The position numbers and the translations under genes are program-made. Positions 1 to 8,468 of a stretch of 42,824 bases of DNA are shown piece after piece. Within the stretch, counting starts at the first letter, position 1; each line of letters starts with the position of its first letter. The notes beneath the pieces are model-generated. The model was not told where the DNA came from and made no database searches. It worked only from the letters and a program-made list of their open reading frames with translations. The DNA comes from a virus, in UHGV virus genome UHGV-0137073; one strand, 5' to 3'.

Positions 1-55
1 ATGGAGCTTAACGTAGTGAGAAGTTCAACCACCTGGTCTGACATCGGGACCACAT

Positions 56-99
56 TGATGCGCCGCGCGATAAATGCACTCTATCTTGTGCGATAAATG
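56..99 (+). repeat. Left terminal repeat of Mu-like element (putative transposase binding boxes)
   Basis: TGAT(56-59)-N9-GATAAATG(69-76)-N15-GATAAATG(92-99); same architecture in inverted orientation at 37063-37106. Confidence 0.65.
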
Positions 100-133
100 G
101 CATCCACGCGGCGTTTCATTATTTGAAAAAGAA

Positions 134-706
134 TTACATTTCAGGTTGCGTTATGACAGTCCCAACAGGGTGGTAGCGGTAGATCGTTGACAGTCCAATA
201 TCATAGATAATTGCCAGCCGCTTTCTGTCATACCCTTTCTGGAGCAATCTTGCGATCTGCTCATGCTGCTCCTTCGTCAGTTTCGGGCGACGTCCTCCAA
301 CTCTTCCTTGTGCTCGCGCAGCAGCCAGTCCTGCCAGCGTGCGCTCAACTATCAGTTCACGCTCCATTTCTGCCAGTGCACCCATCATATGAAAAAAGAA
401 CCTTCCCATCGGAGTGCTGGTATCGATTGAATCCGTCAGACTGCGAAAATTGACACCTTTTGCGCGTAGCTCTTCTGTGAGAGCAATGAGGTGTTTCATT
501 CTTCTACCCAACCGATCCAGCTTCCAGACCACCAATGTATCCCCTCTTTTAAGGCACTTTAAAGCGCGTTTCAGGCCTGGTCGTTCCGACTTGGTTCCGC
601 TCATTTTGTCCTCAAAAATCTGTTCACATCCTGCGCACATTAATGCATTGCGTTGCAAATCTGTGTTTTGGTCATTTGTTGACACACGTATGTAGCCAAT
701 CAGCAT
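134..706 (-). CDS. Serine DNA invertase, Gin/Pin/Cin/Hin family
   Basis: Translation from internal ATG gives MLIGYIRVSTNDQNTDLQRNAL..., near-identical to the Mu Gin N-terminus as recalled; the ORF extends upstream to 835 but the family start is the MLIGY methionine. Confidence 0.9.
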   Translation of the reverse strand: MLIGYIRVSTNDQNTDLQRNALMCAGCEQIFEDKMSGTKSERPGLKRALKCLKRGDTLVVWKLDRLGRRMKHLIALTEELRAKGVNFRSLTDSIDTSTPMGRFFFHMMGALAEMERELIVERTLAGLAAARAQGRVGGRRPKLTKEQHEQIARLLQKGYDRKRLAIIYDIGLSTIYRYHPVGTVITQPEM

Positions 707-760
707 TAAAAATACTCCCTTTTGAGTGGTTAAAGTACTGAGATAATGTGGGGAGGATTT

Positions 761-786
761 GAGAGATAAACGTTGGTTTGGGGGAA
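761..786 (+). promoter_or_regulatory. Invertase crossover site 1 (gix/hix-like 26-bp site)
   Basis: Reverse complement TTCCCCCAAACCAACGTTTATCTCTC resembles hix/gix half-site TTC..AAACC around a central dinucleotide; sits at the 5' end of cassette A. Confidence 0.6.
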
Positions 787-1281
787 GGCTCTGCACTGCC
801 TGTTGGTGTGCCTGTTCCATGGCCCACCGCCACACCGCCAGCAGGCTGGTTAAAGTGCGACGGGCGCGCCTTTACAAAAGAACAATATCCTGTTCTGGCC
901 AGAGTCTACCCGACCCTCCGTCTTCCCGATTTGCGCGGTGAGTTTATCCGTGGATGGGACGACGGGCGCAAAGTTGATACGGGGCGTTCATTGCTAAGTG
1001 GTCAGGCTGCAACATTTATTCGTACAGCTTTGCAGGATTATTACGGTTACGATCTGAATACTAATGTCAAAGTAGGTATCGCTTTTGCTACTGCTGATTC
1101 TGTTATAACCGTTGGAAACCCAGCTAATCCTAAAGCAGGAAATAATAGCGATTATGTTCCTGCATCAGCAGATAACTCTATAACGGGTATTCAAAGGACA
1201 GCGGAGGATAATTTTACCGGGGCATGGATATCAATGCGCCCCCGCAATGTTGCGTTTAATTACATCGTAAGGGCCGCATAA
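778..1281 (+). other. Silent tail-fiber C-terminal cassette A (promoterless alternative receptor-binding segment)
   Basis: First ~68 aa (GEGSALPVGVPVPWPTATPPAGWLKCDGRAFTKEQYPVLARVYPTLRLPDLRGEFIRGWDDGRK) nearly identical to an internal stretch of the expressed tail fiber, then divergent, ending in conserved NYIVRAA. Confidence 0.75.
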
Positions 1282-1300
1282 AAACGTTGGTTTGGGGGAA
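1275..1300 (+). promoter_or_regulatory. Invertase crossover site 2
   Basis: Same conserved half-site as site 1 (..AAACGTTGGTTTGGGGGAA), directly repeated relative to site 1. Confidence 0.6.
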
Positions 1301-1765
1301 GGCTCTGCATTGCCTGTTGGTGTGCCTGTTCCGTGGCCCACCGCCACACCGCCAGCAGGCTGGTTACAGTGCAACGGAGCTACGTTCACCAAAGAACAAT
1401 ATCCTGTTCTGGCCAGAGTCTACCCGACCCTCCGTCTTCCCGATTTACGCGGTGAGTTTATCCGTGGATGGGACGACGGGCGCAAGATTGACGAGGGGCG
1501 TAAGTTGCTTTCATGGCAGAAAGGTACACTGGTCGGCGGTCATGACGATAACGATTCTTCGCTGGATATCTCGTACATGAGTAACGGAAATAATATTGAC
1601 TATGGCGGCGATAAGGTGTTTGCGGGGAATTACTGTAGCGATTATTTGTGGTACGCAATTCTGGGTGGAACAAACAGTCGCGCAAAAGCCGAATTAAACG
1701 GAGCATTCTTTAACATAACCCGCCCCCGCAATATCGCGTTTAACTATATCGTGAGGGCGGCGTGA
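1292..1765 (+). other. Silent tail-fiber C-terminal cassette B
   Basis: Same conserved leader as cassette A and the expressed fiber, different variable middle, conserved C-terminal NYIVRAA. Confidence 0.75.
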
Positions 1766-1771
1766 TACCGT

Positions 1772-2386
1772 TCAGCTGGCAAGTGCCAGTGGCGCTTCCG
1801 GCCAGCTGATTTCAGGTGCCGTGCTGATATCCAGTGCGTTCAGCTCGTCGATATAATCCAGCACGGCGTTCAGTTTTGCCGTTTCTTCTGGTGTCAGACT
1901 GCGACCAGCACGCAGTTTGAGGTTGATAAGATCGACGGACGCCATCGCCTGTTTCACCCGTTGCTGGCGTTGCTGTCTGGCAACCTCCAGTTCTGCGGCT
2001 CGCTGCCGTTCAGTATCGGTTACCCACGCCTCACCGTTCCAGGTATCCCATGGCGTGGCCGGCTGTTTTGTGGTGGTGTCCGCCGGGTAATCACCCGGTT
2101 GGGTAATCAGAACGGGGTTACCGTTCTCCGTGCTGTATACCGTCTCGCCGCGGTGATCAGGCACATGCTCCCACCCGTTCAGCGTGGCAGTCCGGCAAAC
2201 CACGTAACCCGAAATTGCCTCCGGCGGTGCATCGGCGCACGAATGTGCCGGAGTACCCACCCCAAGGGCGAGATACTCCACAGAGGATGAGGTGTATTCC
2301 CGGGTTTCCTCGTCATAGTGATATACAGTGATCTCGCCCGCTACAGTGGCGATACCGTTTTCATCCAGAACTGCAGTGTTACTCAT
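1772..2386 (-). CDS. Tail fiber assembly chaperone (Tfa, Mu U / P2 G-like)
   Basis: Immediately downstream of the tail fiber gene with overlapping start/stop; acidic C-terminus ...LDYIDELNALDISTAPEISWPEAP typical of Tfa proteins. Confidence 0.7.
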   Translation of the reverse strand: MSNTAVLDENGIATVAGEITVYHYDEETREYTSSSVEYLALGVGTPAHSCADAPPEAISGYVVCRTATLNGWEHVPDHRGETVYSTENGNPVLITQPGDYPADTTTKQPATPWDTWNGEAWVTDTERQRAAELEVARQQRQQRVKQAMASVDLINLKLRAGRSLTPEETAKLNAVLDYIDELNALDISTAPEISWPEAPLALAS

Positions 2387-3555
2387 TAAACTGCCCTCAC
2401 AATGTAATTAAGTGCAATGCTACGGGGTCTGACAGTGATACCCTTCGCATACCCGCTTCTGATAGAGGTCAGAATAGTAGCCTGCATACCATTGTCTGAC
2501 ATTGCCACGACAGGATCGCTGAATGTTGTCCCGTCCGGCATTTTAAAGCTGCCCTCACGAAGGTCTGTAATGGAATCTTCATTGTTGAATCCCATGCCGA
2601 CTATCCCCGAGGTTCCCGTAGTGTCCTGGTTATAATAATCCAGCATTGCTGTTCTTAACAGCGTTGCCCCTTGTGCGGACAGCAACTTACGTCCTGTATC
2701 AACTTTGCGCCCGTCGTCCCATCCACGGATAAACTCACCGCGTAAATCGGGAAGACGGAGGGTCGGGTAGACTCTGGCCAGAACAGGATATTGTTCTTTT
2801 GTAAAGGCGCGCCCGTCGCACTTTAACCAGCCTGCTGGCGGTGTGGCGGTGGGCCACGGAACAGGCACACCAACGGGTAGCGCCGAGCCTTCTCCTAAAC
2901 CAAGGTAATTGAGGACATCTTTTATACTGCCCTTAGCGATAATAGCGCGACCAATAGCTGTAAGGGTTGCCAGCGCTGCGCGGTCTGCTCCGGTAAAATA
3001 AGGCAACCGATCTGCTGCAGTGGCAAGTCCTGCCAGAGCAGTGAGCGTGGCATCTGCCGGTTGTTTTCCGTTTGCCAGATCGTATGCAGCCTTGACCGCT
3101 TTCGGTGTGGCGGCCTCAGTTTCTGATTGACTGTCCGTGGCACTGCTCAGCTGTACGGTGCCTTTTGCCGTCAGCGAGGCAGCAGGCACTCCCGTTATCT
3201 GACTCCACGGGTGAGTGTGACTGACGGGTGCCTTGCCGGCTGCAAGGTCGTATGCAGCCTTGACGGCTTTTGGTGTGGCGGCCAGCGTTTCAGAGGTGCT
3301 GTTGGTGGCACTGCTCAGTTGGGTGAACCCCTTAGCTGTCAGTGTCGCGTCCGGGTGGTTACGGGAACGTACGTGTTCAGCCAGTGACTGTGCGGCTTCC
3401 TCCGTTTTTTTCTTCAGCCATTTCGTCCTGTTTGCCAGTTGCCGGGGGGCTCGATTTGATATCCCGTCAGCACCACCCAGAACCGGATCTGATGTCTCCA
3501 GTTGATAGATTTTTTCTTCCCACTTTTCTGTTTCATTCAGGTTTCCCATAATCAA
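2386..3555 (-). CDS. Tail fiber protein (constant N-terminal part plus currently expressed variable C-terminus)
   Basis: Two tandem ~36-aa fiber repeats (TAKG..QLSSAT.S.SET.AATPKAVKAAYDLA); contains crossover site 3 and the conserved cassette leader. Confidence 0.85.
   Translation of the reverse strand: MIMGNLNETEKWEEKIYQLETSDPVLGGADGISNRAPRQLANRTKWLKKKTEEAAQSLAEHVRSRNHPDATLTAKGFTQLSSATNSTSETLAATPKAVKAAYDLAAGKAPVSHTHPWSQITGVPAASLTAKGTVQLSSATDSQSETEAATPKAVKAAYDLANGKQPADATLTALAGLATAADRLPYFTGADRAALATLTAIGRAIIAKGSIKDVLNYLGLGEGSALPVGVPVPWPTATPPAGWLKCDGRAFTKEQYPVLARVYPTLRLPDLRGEFIRGWDDGRKVDTGRKLLSAQGATLLRTAMLDYYNQDTTGTSGIVGMGFNNEDSITDLREGSFKMPDGTTFSDPVVAMSDNGMQATILTSIRSGYAKGITVRPRSIALNYIVRAV
2890..2915 (-). 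promoter_or_regulatory. Invertase crossover site 3 (inverted relative to sites 1 and 2)
   Basis: TTCTCCTAAACCAAGGTAATTGAGGA on the + strand, close to hixL TTCTTGAAAACCAAGGTTTTTGATAA; lies in the codons for NYLGLGE of the tail fiber. Confidence 0.65.
3067..3342 (-). repeat. Tandem in-frame repeat inside the tail fiber gene (two ~108-bp units)
   Basis: Near-identical nucleotide blocks ...gtcgtatgcagccttgac(c/g)gct..ggtgtggcggcc... at ~3067-3174 and ~3235-3342. Confidence 0.6.
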
Positions 3556-4130
3556 CTGCTCCCGTGGTTATAACTGCCATCATGGATGGCGGTATTGTTA
3601 TAGCGAATGGCCACAGACTGATACTCCAGGCTGGCCAGATGGCAGCGGGCCGGTGCAAATGCAGCGAGCGTCTGACGCAGCATCGCGGCCTGATCGTTAG
3701 TAATGGGCTGTTTCAGAATAACGCGATAAACCGCCCAGGCGGCTGCATCTCCATGAACAAACAGTCCGTTATAGCTGCGATTGCCGTCGTAACTGAGACG
3801 ACCTGTGCCTTCAATCAGATCCACTTCACCAAAGCCAAAACGGCGGATAACTTCCCGGATTGACCACGGCGTCCCTTTATACCGGTGTAGTTCGATGGCT
3901 GCTTTTATAAGCATGCGGCGAACATCGTCCGATTCCGCCAGCTCCCAGCCATCGCCAGACAGTGAGAACTGCTCGCCCAGCCATGGCAGCGCAGAACTGT
4001 CGACGATATCGACGAGAAAGACCATCAGTACGCTCAGGTCGATGTTATCCAGCCGCCCTGCCAGTCTTCCCAGCGTCCTGAGACTGATATCACCCTCAAG
4101 CGGTGGCGGGAGTTGTAATGGCTCAGTCAT
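3552..4130 (-). CDS. Baseplate/tail protein, P2 gpI-like (Mu gp48-like)
   Basis: Position between gpJ-like and tail fiber genes; ATG at 4130 overlaps the upstream stop (GTG alternative at 4142). Confidence 0.6.
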   Translation of the reverse strand: MTEPLQLPPPLEGDISLRTLGRLAGRLDNIDLSVLMVFLVDIVDSSALPWLGEQFSLSGDGWELAESDDVRRMLIKAAIELHRYKGTPWSIREVIRRFGFGEVDLIEGTGRLSYDGNRSYNGLFVHGDAAAWAVYRVILKQPITNDQAAMLRQTLAAFAPARCHLASLEYQSVAIRYNNTAIHDGSYNHGSS

Positions 4131-5226
4131 CAGACACTCCACTCATGTTAAGTGTGATCGCCGTACAGTTTGCCCATTCGTTTTCTGCCACCACCCTCAG
4201 TGCCGGTGTCACCAGTTCAACCTGGTACACCCCGGAAACGGACAATGCACTGATAATCTGGCTGGGGACAATATCACGCCCCAGCGTGGCGGCACGTGAT
4301 GCCACCCAGTTCTGTATGGCGCTGTTAGCGGCATCTTTTACAGACCTGGCATCCTGATCACGATAGATCGTAATCCTGGCTTCAATGGTGTAATCCACCT
4401 TCACTGGTGTTTTAGCCCGCACTGTATCAGTGAGTGGCCTGACTTTCTCATCAGAGCAGAAACTCTCTACCAGCGTGAGAACACCGCCGTCCGGCAGACC
4501 GGTACTGAGCAGCGGATACAGATCTACGGTCCCGGGAACCGGGGAAAGCACAGCAACATCGACAATGTTGGGATGGGCCTGCATGGCATGAAAGCGGTAT
4601 GCGCCACGGCTTCCGGCATTGGTGAATGACTCCGGGGCCAGCCTGATACGCTCCCGGAGCCTGTCATCGTCTTCCTGTTCTGAACCGCCGGAACTGGCCG
4701 TCAGATTGCTCACCAGCAGGTCGACGTTATCAATCTCATCGAGTAACTGACTGACCTGCGCAGGTTGCCAGCCGTTACCAGCGGTACCGGGTTCGGTACA
4801 GGTGGACGTGACATTGACCAGCAGCAATCCGGCCTTCAGTACCACATCTGTATCGGTGGCAAAAATAACGCTGTCGGAAGCGCTGACGCGGGTGCCTGCC
4901 GGGATCAGCACATCAATGGTCAGTGCCTCATCCACAGAGAACTGAAGTGTGGTGGTGGCAGGCTGCGCGGCAAGGCGGTATACACCAACCAGTTCTCCGA
5001 GGTAATCAATCATCGGCTCTCGTGAAAAGGCGACCAGATTCTGCTTTGCTGCCTCCTGTACCGCAACCCTGACCAGCATTTCGCGATAGGCCCACAGATC
5101 AATCAGCAGACGTTCTGCCTGTGCCGGGTACAGCGTTTTGCCGGTATCCGCTTCATACTTCGCAATCATTTCTGCCGTGATTTTGTCGGCATCGCGTTCA
5201 ATAAAATCGGGTTCTGTCAGCGCCAT
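4123..5226 (-). CDS. Baseplate protein J-like (P2 gpJ / Mu gp47)
   Basis: 367 aa, conserved position after gpW-like gene, family resemblance by recall. Confidence 0.7.
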   Translation of the reverse strand: MALTEPDFIERDADKITAEMIAKYEADTGKTLYPAQAERLLIDLWAYREMLVRVAVQEAAKQNLVAFSREPMIDYLGELVGVYRLAAQPATTTLQFSVDEALTIDVLIPAGTRVSASDSVIFATDTDVVLKAGLLLVNVTSTCTEPGTAGNGWQPAQVSQLLDEIDNVDLLVSNLTASSGGSEQEDDDRLRERIRLAPESFTNAGSRGAYRFHAMQAHPNIVDVAVLSPVPGTVDLYPLLSTGLPDGGVLTLVESFCSDEKVRPLTDTVRAKTPVKVDYTIEARITIYRDQDARSVKDAANSAIQNWVASRAATLGRDIVPSQIISALSVSGVYQVELVTPALRVVAENEWANCTAITLNMSGVSDD

Positions 5227-5564
5227 AGCAACTCCTGAGTCCGGGTCTGTCCGTCTGAGCCTTTCCAGCTCACCCGGAGCGTAAGATGTTCGCCGTCGAC
5301 GGCGGGTTTAACTGACATAAGCTGGCAGCGGGGCTCCCAGCGTCGGATGGCATCGACGGATTCGCGCACCACATGCGGAATGGCCCGGTCTACAGGCCAG
5401 TCGATATAAAGATGCAGATTGCTGCCGAACTCCGGGCGATGCGGGTCGCTGCCGCGGGGAGTCCGCAGGATAATTTGAATCGCCTGCCGGATATCATCCA
5501 GCCCCCGGACAATTTCGCCGGGAGCCTGCAGGGTCGGTTGCCAGAATACTGAGGTTGTTTTCAT
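5217..5564 (-). CDS. Baseplate protein, GPW/gp25-like
   Basis: 115 aa, ...IRQAIQIILRTPRGSDPHRPEFGSNL... typical of the gp25/GPW lysozyme-like fold. Confidence 0.7.
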   Translation of the reverse strand: MKTTSVFWQPTLQAPGEIVRGLDDIRQAIQIILRTPRGSDPHRPEFGSNLHLYIDWPVDRAIPHVVRESVDAIRRWEPRCQLMSVKPAVDGEHLTLRVSWKGSDGQTRTQELLWR

Positions 5565-5618
5565 GGGGGCAGTATTGCCCCCGTGCGGGAACGCTGATAT
5601 TAAAGGCGTTTAAAAAGC

Positions 5619-6215
5619 TCAGTGGGAGTGGTGGCTGGAGTTTTCGCCATCAGACAACATACTGCCCGTGGCATGGGCATTCCCTTTAATCTCGATATTG
5701 CCATGGATGGTCGCGGTAACACCTTCACCACCAGAACCCGCCATGCCTCCTTCGTAAATCAGCTTACCCCTGACACGCAGATCTCCGGTAAGTTCGGTTT
5801 CCGGTGCGTCAATCGTGGCTTTCTGTGTTTTCAATACCACATCAGCACCACACTCAATGACAATATGCTCAATGCCGCCCCGGATGATCAGAGTGTGCGT
5901 CTTCCGGTTGTAGCTGTACTCTGCACCATCAGCAAACCGGGTTCCCCGGATATTTTTGTCACTGAACGGTGGTTTATCGACGTCTGAATACACCGCGCCC
6001 AGAATAACACCATCCTCGCCGTTGGCATCGAGCAGCACCTCAACCTGCTCCCCCACGTCAGGGAGCCAGTAATCTTTGTTATCCTGGGTATTGCGCTGCA
6101 GCACGTTAAGCCAGTTTGTGCGCAGGTTATCGCATTCAGGCAGACGAACGCGGGCCTGAACCCTGTCGGCATCAACGGCACTGACCGTACCGACCTGACG
6201 AGTGACACCAGTCAT
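5619..6215 (-). CDS. Baseplate spike/assembly protein V-like
   Basis: 198 aa; N-terminal OB-fold-like region; position between gpD-like and gpW-like genes. Confidence 0.65.
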   Translation of the reverse strand: MTGVTRQVGTVSAVDADRVQARVRLPECDNLRTNWLNVLQRNTQDNKDYWLPDVGEQVEVLLDANGEDGVILGAVYSDVDKPPFSDKNIRGTRFADGAEYSYNRKTHTLIIRGGIEHIVIECGADVVLKTQKATIDAPETELTGDLRVRGKLIYEGGMAGSGGEGVTATIHGNIEIKGNAHATGSMLSDGENSSHHSH

Positions 6216-7384
6216 TTTTTCTTCTCTCTTATTACTGTGGACGTGCTGCCGTCCGGTTTATAGATGGTCAGCATCCGGGTTTTGCCGATTTTTTTACCTT
6301 TCTTCGCCTTGCCCTGTGTGATCGGCCCCCGTGCCACTTCCAGCTCTGTGGTGTAGCCGCTGTTACGGTCAAACGCATGGCGGGCAGTGGTTATGAGCCA
6401 TGGCCCGGATAACTGCCCAAAACCCACCAGTTCAATTTTGTTGCCTGCTGTCAGTTGAGGTGTTCCCGTCAGCGTCAGGGAGCCGTTCTGCTGGTATTCG
6501 TTATGTCTGGCCAGTGCTGAATCCGCTTTAATCCGGGCACTGTCCGGGTCGCTGACGCGGCTGTTAACTTTAAGTGAGTCAGCGCTGGTAACCTTACCAC
6601 CTTTGAGCTTTTTGTCGCTTTCACGGGTACCACCATCAGCTTCGTAGACGATCAGTTTTTTACTGCTGCTTTTCTGGTGTTTTACCTTTGCAGATTTATA
6701 GACCCGGTTGATGGTGTCACGCAGGGAAAAGCGGGCCACATCCTGCGGTTTTAACTGCCTGACCGGCTCCTGACTGCGCAGTGTGGCCAGATGAGAAAAA
6801 ATCAGCTGGTCACTGACCACTTTCACTGCATAACCATACTCGCTGGCCAGCCGGCGCAGAAAACCCACGTCGGTTTCAGCATACTGGGTCACCCGGTCGA
6901 TTCTGATGGACTCAATGCTGCCCACCAGTTTCAGCCGGTGCTTTCTGGCAATCCGCCCCGCAACAGCTGCCAGCGTGGTGTTCTCAAAACCACGACTGGT
7001 TTTAGTCCGCAGGGCACTGTTAACCGAGGTGGCCACCCCACGGATAGAAACAACGGAAGCGGGCGAACTCACTTCGATCTCGTCTATAGAGAACGTACCG
7101 CAGGACAGCAGCTTCTCGTCCTGATAGCCCATTTTCAGCGTCAGCGTGTCACCCTTGCCCGGATACCACTTATCCAGCCAGCGGCCATCGGTGTCGTCCA
7201 GCTCCACCTCAATGGTATCGGACTCATTTTTGATGTTATCGCTCCAGGTCACACGGGTGACATAAGGCGCGATATCAGAGGTGATGTTTTTCTGCAGATA
7301 CCACAGAGTGAACACCGGTGTCAGCACATCGCTGACGCCGGTTAACGCTGATGTGACTTGCGCAGTGCTGTTTATCTCAGCCAT
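6212..7384 (-). CDS. Tail/baseplate hub protein, P2 gpD-like (Mu P-like)
   Basis: 390 aa; position after gpX-like gene; family resemblance by recall. Confidence 0.65.
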   Translation of the reverse strand: MAEINSTAQVTSALTGVSDVLTPVFTLWYLQKNITSDIAPYVTRVTWSDNIKNESDTIEVELDDTDGRWLDKWYPGKGDTLTLKMGYQDEKLLSCGTFSIDEIEVSSPASVVSIRGVATSVNSALRTKTSRGFENTTLAAVAGRIARKHRLKLVGSIESIRIDRVTQYAETDVGFLRRLASEYGYAVKVVSDQLIFSHLATLRSQEPVRQLKPQDVARFSLRDTINRVYKSAKVKHQKSSSKKLIVYEADGGTRESDKKLKGGKVTSADSLKVNSRVSDPDSARIKADSALARHNEYQQNGSLTLTGTPQLTAGNKIELVGFGQLSGPWLITTARHAFDRNSGYTTELEVARGPITQGKAKKGKKIGKTRMLTIYKPDGSTSTVIREKKK

Positions 7385-7587
7385 GGGGCAATATCCTCTT
7401 CTGTACGGGCTTCTTCAGCCTCAATCACCGGGATCAGTAACAACAGCCCGGAGGGCAGCACCGGCGTGATGGCCACGTGCGGATTGGCGGCAATAATCCG
7501 GGGATAGCCCAGCGGGTCACCGTAGTACTGCCATGCCAGCGAATCCCAGCGCTCTCCGTCACGGGTAACATGTTCAAGAAACATCAC
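7372..7587 (-). CDS. Tail protein X-like (LysM-like)
   Basis: 71 aa, ...RDGERWDSLAWQYYGDP... LysM-like motif. Confidence 0.6.
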   Translation of the reverse strand: MMFLEHVTRDGERWDSLAWQYYGDPLGYPRIIAANPHVAITPVLPSGLLLLIPVIEAEEARTEEDIAPWLR

Positions 7588-8468
7588 ACACTCCTCGTCA
7601 GTATTCTGGCGGCCATTGCACTTAATCCCGGAGACATGCGGTTGAATGCTGTTCCGACGGCGTTAAGCTGCCCGGAAACGGTATCCAGAGCACCTGCAAT
7701 ATTTCTTTTGTCCACACCACTCAGCGCAGACTGTGCCTGCTGTACATACGTGGCTGCTTCGCTGGCTGTTCTGGCCAGACTGATGGCATCGGGCATGGAT
7801 TCAGAGAGTGCGTTAAACGCCGGAACACTTTTCCCCAGAGCCCCGGAGATATTACCCAGTCCGCTCATCAGCCCCGGCACACGGGTCAGTGCGACAACGG
7901 GGTTATCCTTCATTTTCTGTGTCACCCGAACGGCGCTGATAGTGGTCTGGAGTACAGACTGCGCCTGTTTCGCATAGTTGACGCCGTTGCGGATGAACTG
8001 CGCCACCCCGGAAGGTGAAGGAATGGCACCGGAGACCGCCCCGACACCCGGGAGCTTCGTGCGTATTGCCGGTGGTTGCAGAGGATTTTTCGGGTCACCG
8101 GTGTATTCCCGGAGAGACACGGTGGCACTGACAGCCAGCACGTTGCCGGTACTGTCAGTCTGCTCGCTGGTTGCAGTCACATCGGTAATCACGAACCAGC
8201 CGCGATAGTCACCGTTGCCGAAGACCAGCGCCAGTGCCTGATGGGCTTTCATGGCTGTTCGCAGTCTCGCCAGCTCCACATCGGGTACACAATAATGCTG
8301 ATGGAAAACCAGAGTTATCTGGATTTCGTCCAGCCTGTCGCCGACGAACTGCAGGCCAGGCTTACCCCCGATGCGGGCATGCTCCGCATAATCGACGCCG
8401 AACGTGGCCTCGAAGCCGTCCCAGTAGGTAATCAGCTCAAACTCAATATCACCCAGTACGGCAAACAT
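7584..8468 (-). CDS. Tail protein, gpU / DNA-circularisation-N-like N-terminal domain with Ala/Ser/Gly-rich C-terminal extension
   Basis: N-terminus MFAVLGDIEFEL... resembles the P2 gpU pattern; directly downstream of the tape measure gene. Confidence 0.5.
   Translation of the reverse strand: MFAVLGDIEFELITYWDGFEATFGVDYAEHARIGGKPGLQFVGDRLDEIQITLVFHQHYCVPDVELARLRTAMKAHQALALVFGNGDYRGWFVITDVTATSEQTDSTGNVLAVSATVSLREYTGDPKNPLQPPAIRTKLPGVGAVSGAIPSPSGVAQFIRNGVNYAKQAQSVLQTTISAVRVTQKMKDNPVVALTRVPGLMSGLGNISGALGKSVPAFNALSESMPDAISLARTASEAATYVQQAQSALSGVDKRNIAGALDTVSGQLNAVGTAFNRMSPGLSAMAARILTRSV

Noticed and set aside
1-96. 31-aa + strand ORF at the window start (MELNVVRS...)
   Set aside because: More plausibly the flank of the interrupted lambdoid helicase gene read on the minus strand; too short and unsupported to call.
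761-1300. Sites 1 and 2 as simple direct repeats from a tandem duplication only
   Set aside because: Both carry the conserved hix/gix-like half-site next to an invertase gene and precede distinct variable C-termini, so a functional multi-cassette inversion system is more likely than an inert duplication.
1961-2290. 109-aa ORF on the + strand inside the tail fiber assembly gene
   Set aside because: Fully embedded antisense in the better-supported minus-strand chaperone gene; no Shine-Dalgarno.
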